In this document: in pieces, positions 19,160 to 28,900 of the stretch
How the letters are laid out: every line of letters starts with the position of its first letter
How positions within the stretch are numbered: the first letter of the stretch is position 1
NCBI GenBank assembly: GCA_965203465.1
Contig: CBDBCR010000001.1
Coordinates: 32,001 to 96,000, forward strand
DNA from: Nitrosopumilaceae archaeon
Lineage (GTDB): Archaea; Thermoproteota; Nitrososphaeria; Nitrososphaerales; Nitrosopumilaceae
Reading direction: 5' to 3'
Length of the DNA stretch: 64,000 nucleotides
Position numbers and translations under genes: made by a program
Notes under the pieces: generated by a model
Seen by the model: only the letters and a program-made list of their open reading frames with translations
What the model was told of the DNA's origin: nothing
The model's database searches: none

Positions 19160-19447
19160 CTACGCTTTTGAAGCGTTCAATGCCGCCTGTCTCTTCTCTC
19201 TTCTGTACGCGCGAACCTCTTCTACGATCTCCTCTTCGGACATCGTTATGTTCTTTTTGTCCATTTCCTCGCAAAGCTCGTGCCACGCGGCCTCTGCGCT
19301 GTTGGCCGGAACCACCATCATCCGAATCTGATCGTGTTCGCGCCAAGCAACAGCCTTTAGGGGGGCCCCCAAGCCGATCTCTTTGAGCAGGGCCTCGGGG
19401 ATGGTCACTTGGCCCTTGTCCACGGCGGTCACTATTGGCTTTGCCAT
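19160..19447 (-). CDS. AbrB/MazE-type antitoxin, copy 2
   Basis: MAKPIVTAVDKGQVTIPEALLKEIGL...MSEEEIVEEVRAYR. Confidence 0.83.
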   Translation of the reverse strand: MAKPIVTAVDKGQVTIPEALLKEIGLGAPLKAVAWREHDQIRMMVVPANSAEAAWHELCEEMDKKNITMSEEEIVEEVRAYRREKRQAALNASKA

Positions 19448-19633
19448 TCGCCGCTCTGCGCATCGCGGGCTTAATATTTTGAGCGGATCCCTTTGCACGA
19501 GTTTAGCCTCGACTGGGTGCCAAGCGCGAAAAGGCGCCGGCGGCAGGCCCCGGCCGGGCGCCCGCATAAGCCTGATGTGGCACCGGGTCATTATGTTCCG
19601 ATAGTTTGCCGGAGTCGCGCATCCGGGTCTGCA

Positions 19634-20149
19634 TCATGCCAGCCAAGACTGCAAGAGATCGAGCATCCGGGCGATGGCGATTATGGGGCTCCCCCGGAAC
19701 TCTCCCATACCGAGAAGGTGCTTGTCGCCTGTGACGATGTAGTCGGCATGGCCGTCGTGCGCTGCGTTGATCACGATGTCGTCGTCCGGATCGTCGGGCA
19801 CCGCTCTGAATTCTGACTTTGTGGCCACGATCTCAATGGATGTTTTTATTGACTTGAATCTTTCAAGCGCGCCTTGGAGCGTTTTGAATTTTGGCCTGCT
19901 CAGGACATTTTCTGTTTCGTTGATGATGCTTGGTGAGCTGATCAGAATAGAGTCTATGCGTAAACGCGCCGGGTGGGGTTTTCTAGGCACGGATCTGTGA
20001 GATTTGGGAGATTACGCATAACCTCTAATGTGTTGTTTACGGTATACGGCATCGTGTACGAGCTGCCTCGCTCTTCCCTTATTCTTGGCGGCACTGACGA
20101 ACACGTTGGTGTCCAAGACTGCGCGGTACTTCGTCTCTGCTGTTTCCAG
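19634..20149 (-). pseudogene. PIN-family toxin, copy 3, interrupted by a MITE carrying an in-frame stop
   Basis: VLDTNVFVSA...KQHI | 81-bp insert | LISSPSIINETENVLSRPKF...DPDDDIV...ADYIVTGDKHLL; both halves are in the same frame. Confidence 0.85.
19949..20026. mobile_element. 78-bp MITE-like element with 15-bp terminal inverted repeats and a 3-bp target duplication
   Basis: AGAGTCTATGCGTAA ... TTACGCATAACCTCT (13/15 complementary); AAT on both sides (19946-19948 and 20027-20029); removal restores colinearity with toxin copy 2. Confidence 0.85.
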
Positions 20150-20175
20150 TTTCTGTACTGAAAGACAGCTAAAAC

Positions 20176-20466
20176 CTACGCTTTTGAGGCGTCCAATGCC
20201 GCCTGCCTCCTCTCTCTCCTGTACGCGTGGACCTCTTCCACGATCTCCTCTTCGGACATCGTTATGTTCTTTTCGTCCATTTTCTTGAAAAATTCGTCCC
20301 ACGCGGCCTTTGCGCCATTCGCCGAAACAGTCTCCATCATAATCTTGTCGTTTTCGCGCCACGCTACGACCTTGACGGGCGCCTCCAGACCGAGCTCCTT
20401 GAGCAGGGCCCCGGGCACGGTAAACCGCCCCTTTTCGTCCGTGGCGGTCACTATCGTCGTGCACAT
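20176..20466 (-). CDS. AbrB/MazE-type antitoxin, copy 3
   Basis: TDEKGRFTVPGALLKELGL...MSEEEIVEEVHAYR. Confidence 0.83.
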   Translation of the reverse strand: MCTTIVTATDEKGRFTVPGALLKELGLEAPVKVVAWRENDKIMMETVSANGAKAAWDEFFKKMDEKNITMSEEEIVEEVHAYRRERRQAALDASKA

Positions 20467-20602
20467 CCGCCGCCCTGCGCGACGGGGGGCTTAATATTCT
20501 GCGCTGGATCCCGCTCCACGAGACACGGCCGGGCGCGGCCCGGCCGCGCGGGCGCGCCTCCCCGAAACCGCGTTTAAATTGGACGCCCCGGGGGGCGCGG
20601 CC

Positions 20603-21442
20603 GTGAAGATAGGCTGCCACGTGTCCATAGCCGGCTCGATAGACCGCGCCGTCGACAACGCGCAGGAGCGCGGCTGCACCGCCTTTCAGATATTCACGAG
20701 CAACCCGCGCGGCTGGCACGCGCGGCCCATACCCGAGGCCGACGCGGCACAGTTCCGCAGGAAGGTGGAGGAGACGGGGATCGGCGCCGGGGCCACGGTG
20801 GCCCACATGCCGTACCTGCCCAACCTGGCCTCGCCCGACGACGAAAGGTTCGCAAAGTCCTCGCAGGCGCTGGCGAGGGAGGTGCGCCGGTGCGGCCAGC
20901 TGGGCATACCCTACCTGGTCACTCACCTGGGCAGCCACATGGGCTCGGGCGAGGAGGCCGGCATGGACAGGCTCGTAGAGGGCCTGACCGGCGGCGCCGA
21001 GATAGACAACGGCGTGACGATACTGCTGGAGAACACCGCGGGCCAGAAAAACTCGGTCGGCTCGGACTTTGGGCAGTGGGGGCAGCTGCTGCGCCGCCTG
21101 AGGCCCGCGCGCAGGTTCGGCGCCTGCCTGGACACGTGCCACGCGTTCGCCGCCGGCTACGACATGCGGAGCGCGGAGGCGGCAAAAGCCGCGCTGGCCG
21201 AGTTCGGCCAAAAGGTCGGCATGGGCCGCCTCAAGGTGCTGCACCTCAACGATTCAAAGGGCGGGCTCGGAAGCCGGCTGGACCGCCACGAGCACATAGG
21301 CATGGGCGGCATCGGCAAGGAGGGCATGCGGGCGGCCGTGCGCGCCGCCGCAAAGGCAAAGATACCGGTAATACTCGAGACGCCCATAGACGACGTGCGG
21401 TCCGAGACCGACGACATCGAGGCGGCGAGGGGGCTGGCGTGA
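20603..21442 (+). CDS. nfo: Endonuclease IV
   Basis: IGCHVSIAG, FQIFTSNPRGW, HMPYLPNLAS, LLENTAG, CLDTCHAFAAGYD, HLNDSK, DRHEHIG, ILETP; GTG start 20603 after TTTAAAT. Confidence 0.96.
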   Translation: MKIGCHVSIAGSIDRAVDNAQERGCTAFQIFTSNPRGWHARPIPEADAAQFRRKVEETGIGAGATVAHMPYLPNLASPDDERFAKSSQALAREVRRCGQLGIPYLVTHLGSHMGSGEEAGMDRLVEGLTGGAEIDNGVTILLENTAGQKNSVGSDFGQWGQLLRRLRPARRFGACLDTCHAFAAGYDMRSAEAAKAALAEFGQKVGMGRLKVLHLNDSKGGLGSRLDRHEHIGMGGIGKEGMRAAVRAAAKAKIPVILETPIDDVRSETDDIEAARGLA

Positions 21443-22869
21443 CCTACGAAGAGGTGGCCAAACTGGCCCTGGAGCGCGGGTTTTACTTTCCCAGCTGCGA
21501 GGTGTACGGGGACGCGCAGGCCGGCTTTTGGGAGTACGGCCCGACGGGGACCGCCTTCAAGGCCAGGTTTTTGGATCTGTGGAGGAGGCAGCTGGTGCGG
21601 CGCGACTCCATGATGGAGATAGACGGCTCGCAGATAATGTCCGGGTCGGTGTTCGAATCCTCGGGCCACCTTTCGAGCTTTGCCGACCCCGTGACAAAGT
21701 GCTCGGAGTGCGGCTCTACGTTCCGCGCCGACAAGCTTTTAGAAGAGGCGTGCGGCGCAAAGATCCCCGAGGCCGCCGAGCCGTCCGAGTTCGACGCGGC
21801 CATAAAATCAAACTCGGTATCGTGCAGGTGCGGCGGCGCCCTGGGCCCGGCCAAAAAGTTCAACATGATGTTCCGCGTCGGCATCGGGCCCGACTCGGAG
21901 CCGGCGTACCTGCGCCCCGAGACCTGCCAGTCCATATTCGTGGACGCCCCCCGCCTCTTCAAGACCATGAGGGTGCGGCTGCCGCAGGGCGTGGCCCAGG
22001 TGGGCAAGAGCTTCCGCAACGAGATAGCCCCCAGGCAGGGCCTGCTGAGGCTGCGCGAGTTCTACCAGGCCGAGATAGAGGTTTTCTGCAACCCCGGCAG
22101 GCTCGACGAGGCGCCGCGCTTCGCCGAGGTGGCAGATACGGCCGTGACCATAGACGGCGAGGACACCACCTGCTCGGGGGCGCTCGAGTCGGGCCTGCTC
22201 CCCAACAGGCTGGTCGCCTACTACGTGGGGCTGCTGGCCGAATTCTACGGCAAGACCGGCATCGACATGTCCAGGGCGCGCTTTAGGAAGCTGGGCGAGA
22301 AGGAAAAGGCGTTCTACGCGCAGACCGCGCTGGACCTCGAGGTGGAGACCTCGACGGGCTGGCTGGAGCTGGTCGCGTGCAACTACCGCTCCGGCCACGA
22401 CCTGTCCGGGCACGCGAGGGGCAGCGGCGAGCGCTTTGAGATCATGGACGGGGAGGAGAAGGTGCTGCCCCACGTCTTCGAGATATCGATGGGCATCGAC
22501 CGCAGCCTGTACGCGATACTGGAGCATTCCATGCGGCGCGACGGCGAGCGTGCGGTTCTGTCGGTGCCGCCGCGCCTGGCGCCGGTCCAGGTGGGCGTGC
22601 TCTCGCTGGTCAAAAAGGACGGCCTAAAGGAGAGGGCCGACGAGCTGTACGAGTCCCTAAAGTACGACTTTGCCGCGTTCGCCGACCACTCGGGGGCCGT
22701 CGGGCGCCGCTACAGGAGGCTCGACGAGATAGGCTGCCCGTTCGCGCTGACCGTCGACCACCGGACACTCGAGGACGGCACGGTCACCCTGAGGGAGCGC
22801 GACACCATGGAGCAGTCGCGCGTGCCCGCCTCAGGGGTTGCCGGCATCCTCCGGGAGCGGCTGGCCTGA
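21439..22869 (+). CDS. glyS: Glycine--tRNA ligase
   Basis: SGHLSSFADP, YLRPETCQSIF, QVGKSFRNEIAPRQGLLRLREFYQAE, PHVFEISMGIDR, GRRYRRLDEIG. Confidence 0.96.
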   Translation: MTYEEVAKLALERGFYFPSCEVYGDAQAGFWEYGPTGTAFKARFLDLWRRQLVRRDSMMEIDGSQIMSGSVFESSGHLSSFADPVTKCSECGSTFRADKLLEEACGAKIPEAAEPSEFDAAIKSNSVSCRCGGALGPAKKFNMMFRVGIGPDSEPAYLRPETCQSIFVDAPRLFKTMRVRLPQGVAQVGKSFRNEIAPRQGLLRLREFYQAEIEVFCNPGRLDEAPRFAEVADTAVTIDGEDTTCSGALESGLLPNRLVAYYVGLLAEFYGKTGIDMSRARFRKLGEKEKAFYAQTALDLEVETSTGWLELVACNYRSGHDLSGHARGSGERFEIMDGEEKVLPHVFEISMGIDRSLYAILEHSMRRDGERAVLSVPPRLAPVQVGVLSLVKKDGLKERADELYESLKYDFAAFADHSGAVGRRYRRLDEIGCPFALTVDHRTLEDGTVTLRERDTMEQSRVPASGVAGILRERLA

Positions 22870-24750
22870 GCCGTCGCCCAGCTCCACCACGTGCGAGCCG
22901 CCGGCCGGCAGGGCCCGCACGAACTCGTCGAGGGGGACCGCGCGCGCCTGCTCCTCGTGGGAGCGCAGGAATTCGGCGCGGATCTTTTTGGCCGCCTCGG
23001 CCATGTCGCCGCTAGACGGCTCTATCACCGCGTAGCAGAGGCTGTGCTTCTTGACCGGCGCGGGCGGCCCGCAGACCAGCGCCAGCGAGCCGGAGCGCTC
23101 CAGCACCCCGACGGCCAGGCGCAGCGGCGAGGCGCGCACGTAGTTGCGCTGCCCCTCTATGACGAACGAGCCCTTGGGGAGGAACTGCCCGCTGGGGGCG
23201 GCCCTCTTTACCTGCCCCGGGGCTATCCAGTAGGCCCCGCTGCCGTGCGCCGCGTCGCGCCACGCCCTGCTGAAGCAGACGGTCGCGTCGGCCGCCTCCT
23301 CGATGCTCATGGTTCCGGCCCCGCCCGAATCCTTCAGCACGAAGAACGGCGAGCCGAACGTGTCTGCGTGGAAGACCCTGTCTTGGGGCTTCATCTGCTT
23401 GCGTATGAGGGCCGAGTTGGACGAGGAATCGCGCCCGCCCACCGCGACGAACCCGTCGCTGGTAAAGAACCACCTGTACCTCTGAAACCAGGCGCGCTTT
23501 GCTATCCGGCGCGAGCCCAGCTGCTCGCGCTCGGCGCCGGCCCTGCTTTCCAGCTCGGCCAGCCTGCCTTGGGAGCGCAGGCGCTGCGCCTCTATGGCCT
23601 TTACTGCAGAGGCCTGCCTTTTGGATTCGTCGAACAGGGCCGAGGCGGCCGCGTGGAGCGACGCGTCCGGGTTTATCTTGGCCTTTACGCCCGAGACGGA
23701 CAGGTGGGGGACCCCGCGCACGCGTATCAGCTCGGCGCCCAGCTCCTTGAGGCGCGCCCCGGCGCGCGGGTCCGAAAGCGACTGCGCGCCTGCCGATGCC
23801 AGCTCCGAGAGGGCGCGCGCGAGCTCGGAGATCTGCCCGGAGCGGCGCACGACGGTCTCGGCGGCCTTTTCCTGCTCTTCGAGGCGCGAGCGGTACTCGC
23901 GGATCTTCTTTTCGGTGGCCTCGGACTGCGCGTCCCTGCCCGCCGCCGTTATCTTGGAGCAGAGCGCCTCGTCTACGGCCTCCATGAACGAGGGCGCGGG
24001 CCGGGCGCCGGGCAGCATCACGGGGTGCGCGCCGGTCTCCGAGACGCACGGCTCGTGCCTGCCCTCGGCAATGTCGGAGGCCAGCGAGCGGGCCGCCTCG
24101 AATATGCGGCGCGCCTGTTCGGCGGAGAGCCCGTCCGCGGGGGCGCGCGGGTTCTCGCCGGCCCTGCGGAAGACCTCCTCGGCGTACCTCTTGGGCAGGC
24201 CCAGCGTCCTGCCCGCCCAGCGCACCGACTCGGTCGCCGAGACGGTCTTTGCGAACTCTTCGGGGCTCGCCTCCAGCACGTCGATCCCGTTGGGCGGCGG
24301 CGGCGCGTACTCTAGGCCGACTGCCAGCTTGCGGTGGCGCACCTCGATGGAGTGGAGCAGCGCCAGTATCTTCATTTTATCGTCGCACAGCACCAGGTTG
24401 CCGCCGCCGAACAGCTCGGCTACCAGCACGTATTCCTTGTCAAAGCTGGAAAAGTGCAGGTAGGCTATGCGCTCGGCGCCCTCTTGGCGCGCGGCCGTCA
24501 GCCTCGCGCGGCCGAGCGCGTCGCGCAGGCGCCTCTGCAGCCTGTTGGGTTCGGACTGGTCCAGGCGCCTCGAGGTGAGCCAGAGGCCCGAGGTCGAGAC
24601 CATCAGGTAGGCGTCGGGCTTTTCGGTGTGGTGGAGCTTGAAGAGCAGCGAGGAGCGGTCGATGCCGTAGATGTTGCTCACGTAGTGGCCGGCGGTCTCG
24701 GAGCCTATCTTGGAGACGAGGTAGCGCAGCTCTATCCCGGCGATGTCCAT
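22831..24750 (-). CDS. rqcH: Ribosome quality control protein RqcH (NEMF/NFACT family)
   Basis: ELFGGGNLVL NFACT-N; coiled coil; WFQRYRWFFTSDG..GGRD, FHAD..GSP, SGQFLPKGSFVIEGQRNY. Confidence 0.92.
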   Translation of the reverse strand: MDIAGIELRYLVSKIGSETAGHYVSNIYGIDRSSLLFKLHHTEKPDAYLMVSTSGLWLTSRRLDQSEPNRLQRRLRDALGRARLTAARQEGAERIAYLHFSSFDKEYVLVAELFGGGNLVLCDDKMKILALLHSIEVRHRKLAVGLEYAPPPPNGIDVLEASPEEFAKTVSATESVRWAGRTLGLPKRYAEEVFRRAGENPRAPADGLSAEQARRIFEAARSLASDIAEGRHEPCVSETGAHPVMLPGARPAPSFMEAVDEALCSKITAAGRDAQSEATEKKIREYRSRLEEQEKAAETVVRRSGQISELARALSELASAGAQSLSDPRAGARLKELGAELIRVRGVPHLSVSGVKAKINPDASLHAAASALFDESKRQASAVKAIEAQRLRSQGRLAELESRAGAEREQLGSRRIAKRAWFQRYRWFFTSDGFVAVGGRDSSSNSALIRKQMKPQDRVFHADTFGSPFFVLKDSGGAGTMSIEEAADATVCFSRAWRDAAHGSGAYWIAPGQVKRAAPSGQFLPKGSFVIEGQRNYVRASPLRLAVGVLERSGSLALVCGPPAPVKKHSLCYAVIEPSSGDMAEAAKKIRAEFLRSHEEQARAVPLDEFVRALPAGGSHVVELGDGSGQPLPEDAGNP

Positions 24751-24789
24751 GCCCCGCGCCGCGGGGGGGCGGTTAATACCCCTAACGGT

Positions 24790-25461
24790 TCAGTGCCGCT
24801 TGGGCAGGAACGGCACTATGGCCCGCACGAACTCCATGAGGTTCTTGGTCTGCAGGTACACCTTGCCGGGGCCGGTGATCTCCAGCGTGAGGGCCTCGCC
24901 GCCGAACAGCGTGGTCTTGAAGCCGCCGTGCTTTGCCACGCGGTACGAGGCGGTGGAGCTGAGCGCGACGAGCTGGTAGTTGTCCAAGACCATCTTTTGG
25001 CCCGCCCGCAGCTCCTTTTGGAGGATGCCGCCCCAGGCGTTGACGAACATGGTCCCCGAGCCGACCGTCTTTAGCATGAAGAGGTTGTTGCCGAATATCC
25101 CCTTGGTAAAGCCCTGCCACTTGGTGTCCAGGGTCAGGCCGGTCGTGGAGCAGACGAACGCGCCCGACTGGACTATGAACTCTTCGGAGACCTCGAGCGC
25201 CTCGATGTCGCCTAGCATGTTGCCGGTCAGGCCCAGCAGGCACCCGTCCTCGCGGGCGGTGAACTCGTTGACGAAGAACGACTCGCCGCCCAGGGCCGCC
25301 GCCTTCAGGGACTTTAGGAAGCCGCCCTTTCGCATGCGCGTCTCGGTGCCAATGTCGCCCTGCATGAAGACCATGGCCGCGGCCTCGGCGGTCACGCCCT
25401 CGCCCCTGTCCAGCTCGAATTCCACGAGGCCCGTCGGGTTCTTTACTATCCGGTGCTTCAC
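24790..25461 (-). CDS. TIGR00266 / AIM24 family protein
   Basis: AEAAAMVFM, GGESFFVNEF, NAWGGI, LFGGEAL..TGPGKVYLQT; GTG start at 25461. Confidence 0.9.
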   Translation of the reverse strand: MKHRIVKNPTGLVEFELDRGEGVTAEAAAMVFMQGDIGTETRMRKGGFLKSLKAAALGGESFFVNEFTAREDGCLLGLTGNMLGDIEALEVSEEFIVQSGAFVCSTTGLTLDTKWQGFTKGIFGNNLFMLKTVGSGTMFVNAWGGILQKELRAGQKMVLDNYQLVALSSTASYRVAKHGGFKTTLFGGEALTLEITGPGKVYLQTKNLMEFVRAIVPFLPKRH

Positions 25462-25537
25462 GGCGCGGGGGCGGGGGGCGGCGTAATAAGTTGCGCGGTG
25501 CGGCAGGATCAAATATGCCGGGCGCGGGGGGCGGGGC

Positions 25538-25969
25538 GTGAACACGGTGAAGGAGCTGCGCGACGAGCTGGCGAGGGCAAAGGGCGAGCTGGCCAAGGAG
25601 GCGCGCCGCCGTGCCGAGGCCGAAGAGCACATTGCCGAGATGGCCTGCCGCGCGGAAAATCAGGACGAAATAAACAACATACGGAAGGAAATGATATCCA
25701 GCATGGAAAAAAAGTTGTCCATACAAGAAAAACTCATAGACCTGCAGAAAGATCAGATAGGCGAGCATGCAAAGGCGGCGTCCATACGAAATGCCCTCAT
25801 AGCAAACCTGGATCGCGAAGCGGAAGAGAAGAATGCCAGAATGGCCGATCTCGAACGCCGCCTCGCAAAATACGAGGCCGATCCGCCAAGCGAACAGGGC
25901 GAGGGCGCAGAAAAAGCCAGGGCGGCTGAGCTTGCGCGAAACCGTAAAAGCGTCGAACGGTCAAGCTAG
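25538..25969 (+). CDS. Hypothetical coiled-coil protein
   Basis: 143-aa E/K/R-rich heptad ORF; AAATAT box upstream. Confidence 0.6.
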   Translation: MNTVKELRDELARAKGELAKEARRRAEAEEHIAEMACRAENQDEINNIRKEMISSMEKKLSIQEKLIDLQKDQIGEHAKAASIRNALIANLDREAEEKNARMADLERRLAKYEADPPSEQGEGAEKARAAELARNRKSVERSS

Positions 25970-28900
25970 GCTCGCGGTTTCAGCCCTTTGGCCGGCTCTA
26001 ACCCGTCCATGACAAACATGGCGCCTACCAGCACGAGCTGCGAGTCTGCCTTTACGGGCGCCGCCTTGTCCACGGCTCGATCCGCCAAGTATATCCTGTC
26101 TGCAAGCTGCCGGATCTCCCTGCACATGCGCGCCGGATCCTCCTCGTATTCGCGCAAGATGTCCTTGACGGTGACCGTCCACGGCCCCATCTCGTGTGAC
26201 GAGAGTATCTGGTACGCCTCGTCTGCGTCCTCCTGCGGCAGCCTACCACCGGCTACGGCCTCTACCAGCACGTTCAAGTCGAGGTCGCTTTGGGATTTCT
26301 TTTTAAGATCGAGCACCTTTTTCTTGCCCGCCTCGTTCATGTCACGTATGGCCCCGTGCGCCTCTGCGTCTATTCGCAACAGCTCCTCGAACGATTCGCG
26401 GTGCTCCTCGCCGTCCATGGGCAGATACAGATCCGTCCCCTTGGCGCACGAGATCAGCCCGATTGCCTCCGAGTCGTTCTCGGGCACCTCGGCCCGACCC
26501 TTGGCATAGTCGTACACGACAAAGTGCACCCTGCGGGTCTGACCGTCCTCCTGTAGGTATGCGAGCACCGCCTTTCGACCCTCGCCTTTTTTGCCGCTGC
26601 GCCTGCCCATGGGCACGTCGCCCATGGCCTCGAAGCCTATCTCCTTTACGTGCCGCATGATCTCGTTGATCGGCGTAGACTGCGGCATCAGGTCAGATTC
26701 CGATTCCAAGCGCGCTATCGTCGCGTCCGAATCGCCCTTTTGGCCTGCAAGGGTTCTGATGGTGGGGGCCAAGTTTCCGTTGAAATCTTTTGGGCAGGGC
26801 ATCTTGTCCAAGATCTCGATGTCGGTGCCGACCACGTTGGCTGCCGTGTCCACTTTGGCCAGCAGCTTGCCCACCAGCTTCAACAGGGCATCCAGCTGCT
26901 TGTCCGGATAGCATGCCCGCGAGCGTATCGTCTTGTGGGCGCTGGTAAGCCTGTCTATCCTGCCGGTGCGCTGCACTATCCTCATGGGGTTCCACGGAAG
27001 GTCGTAGTTTACCACATAGTTGCAGTCCTGCAAGTTCTGCCCCTCGGAGAGCACCTCGGTAGATACGAGTATGTCCGCTTCCTTGTCATGCAGATCTTCG
27101 TCCTCAGGCAGGTTGGCCATGGGCGAAAACTGTATGATGTACTTTTGTCTGACTTGCTGTTTGGTGTTGCCGTGTATGAGCAGCACCTCCTTGTCCGGAA
27201 ACGCCTCGCGCATCTTTTCGCGTAAGTGCTTGGCGGTGACCGTGTATTCGGTAAAGACTAGCACCTTGCAACCCTCTTTTTGCAGGGCCCCGTCTGAAAC
27301 GATGGCATCGCGCACGGCCTCGAATTTTTTGTCGATGGTGACCTTTTCAAGCTCTTGGAGCAGGTTGCGCAGTATCTGCAGATCCGACCGCATGTCGGAG
27401 AGCATCGAGCGCTTGTCGTAGCCGGATCCGAGTTTTTCGGTGGCCATCTCTCTGACCATCTGCGCTAGATCTTCTTCCGAATCTTGGCCGTCGATCTCGT
27501 CGTTGCTACACCTTGCAATGGCCTTGTTAAAGTCCCGCACGCGCAGTATTCTGTTCTGTTCGAGCATCTGCTCCACATGCTCGTACATGCGTATCTTGTT
27601 GCCTATGCTTATTCGCACCGCCTCGGTGCTAGACTCGAACCTCTTTAGCAACAGCAGCACTTGTAGGTGGGCCAGCGTCCTGTGCGCCTCGCGCTCCTCC
27701 TTGGGCAGATCCGTGTTGTATCTCTCCAGACCGTACGGGGCCATGGTGAGCGACTTTATGTCTTCGAATAGCCTGCCGAAGATGTCACCGAAGAGCTCCG
27801 CAAGATCGTACCTTATCGGCCTGTACTCGTGCGTCGGAAAGCTTATCAGCTTGCCGGCTATCTTGTCGTCCTTGTACACATCGCGTATGAACGACCGGGT
27901 CCGCCTGATCATAACAGAGTCGAGCAGCTGCTGTATCTTTTCTAGGCCCTGGCTTAGATCTTTGTTGGTCGCATCGCGCATGTGCTTGTACAGATCCACG
28001 ATGCCCACAGTCTCCCAAAAATAGTCGTCTTTGCCCTTTGTGATTATGGACAGCTGATAGTACAGATCCATGAGCGAGTTGTTGATGGGGGTGGCCGTGA
28101 GCAGCAATACCTGCTTGGGCTTGCCGATTGACAGCATCTTCATCAGGTTGAGACGCCTCTGCGCGTTCTTTGAGCGGAAGTTCTGCGACTCGTCTATTAT
28201 CACAAAGTCGATGTTGCGATATTTCCGCAGCTCGTCCAAAAAGCCCTCCCGGCCCATGGACTCCATGCTAGCTGTCTGCCTCACCGTAATGCCCATCTCT
28301 TGGAGCTTTGCGCCCCACATGCTGTCTAGCACCTGCGCGGGGGCCACCAGCATGGCCTTTCTGCCCTCGTAGAATATCTTTTGTCGTATTATCTCAATGC
28401 CCATGTTGGTCTTGCCCAAGCCCGTCGAGTCGGCGATTATGGCCCCGCCATAGCTGCCTATCAGGTGCAGCGCCGTGTCGACCGCGTCCTGTTGAAAGGC
28501 GGTCAGCGACGCGCCCCGCCGGTACGGCCGATCTGACCTCCTTAGGAACTGCTTGAACTTTTCAAACAGCATCTTCATGTAGACATCGTGCGGCTCTGCC
28601 GGCGCACCGAATTTCGACTGCTTTAGCACGCGCATCAGGTCCTCTTTCGCGTCAGACGCGTCGGCCCACATGCGGTCGAACCACTTGCGGGTCTGGGTGG
28701 TCACGCTAGGCTGGTACAGGCCGGCGTTGAGCTCGTAGTTGCCCGCAAGCCCGGCGCCGGTCAGGTTGCTGGAGCCGATAAAGACCGAATTGTCCCCCAG
28801 TATGTAGCATTTGGAGTGGTTGAACCTGCTCTGGCCGAGCCGCACCTCTATGTTGGGCCTTTCCAACAGCCGTATGAGGCTCGCCGCGTCCCCGTACGAG

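Larger units (their letters stand above)
17812..20525 (-). repeat. Tandem triplication (about 0.85-0.95 kb units) of promoter + antitoxin + PIN toxin
   Basis: Each unit shares a left edge (GCCGGRxTCGCGC..CGGxTC), the toxin 5' block GTCTCTGCTGTTTCCAGTTTCTGTAC and the promoter block CTTAATATT.TG.GC..GATCC. Confidence 0.9.

Noticed and set aside
19949-20026. Archaeal bulge-helix-bulge intron in the toxin mRNA
   Set aside because: No BHB is visible at the junctions; TIRs plus a 3-bp direct repeat point to transposition.
17812-20525. CRISPR array
   Set aside because: The repeats are gene-length paralogous units, not short repeats with unique spacers, and there are no cas genes.
25462-25537. G-run-rich spacers as G-quadruplex regulators
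   Set aside because: Similar G/C runs occur between the TATA box and start in most promoters here, consistent with compositional bias.
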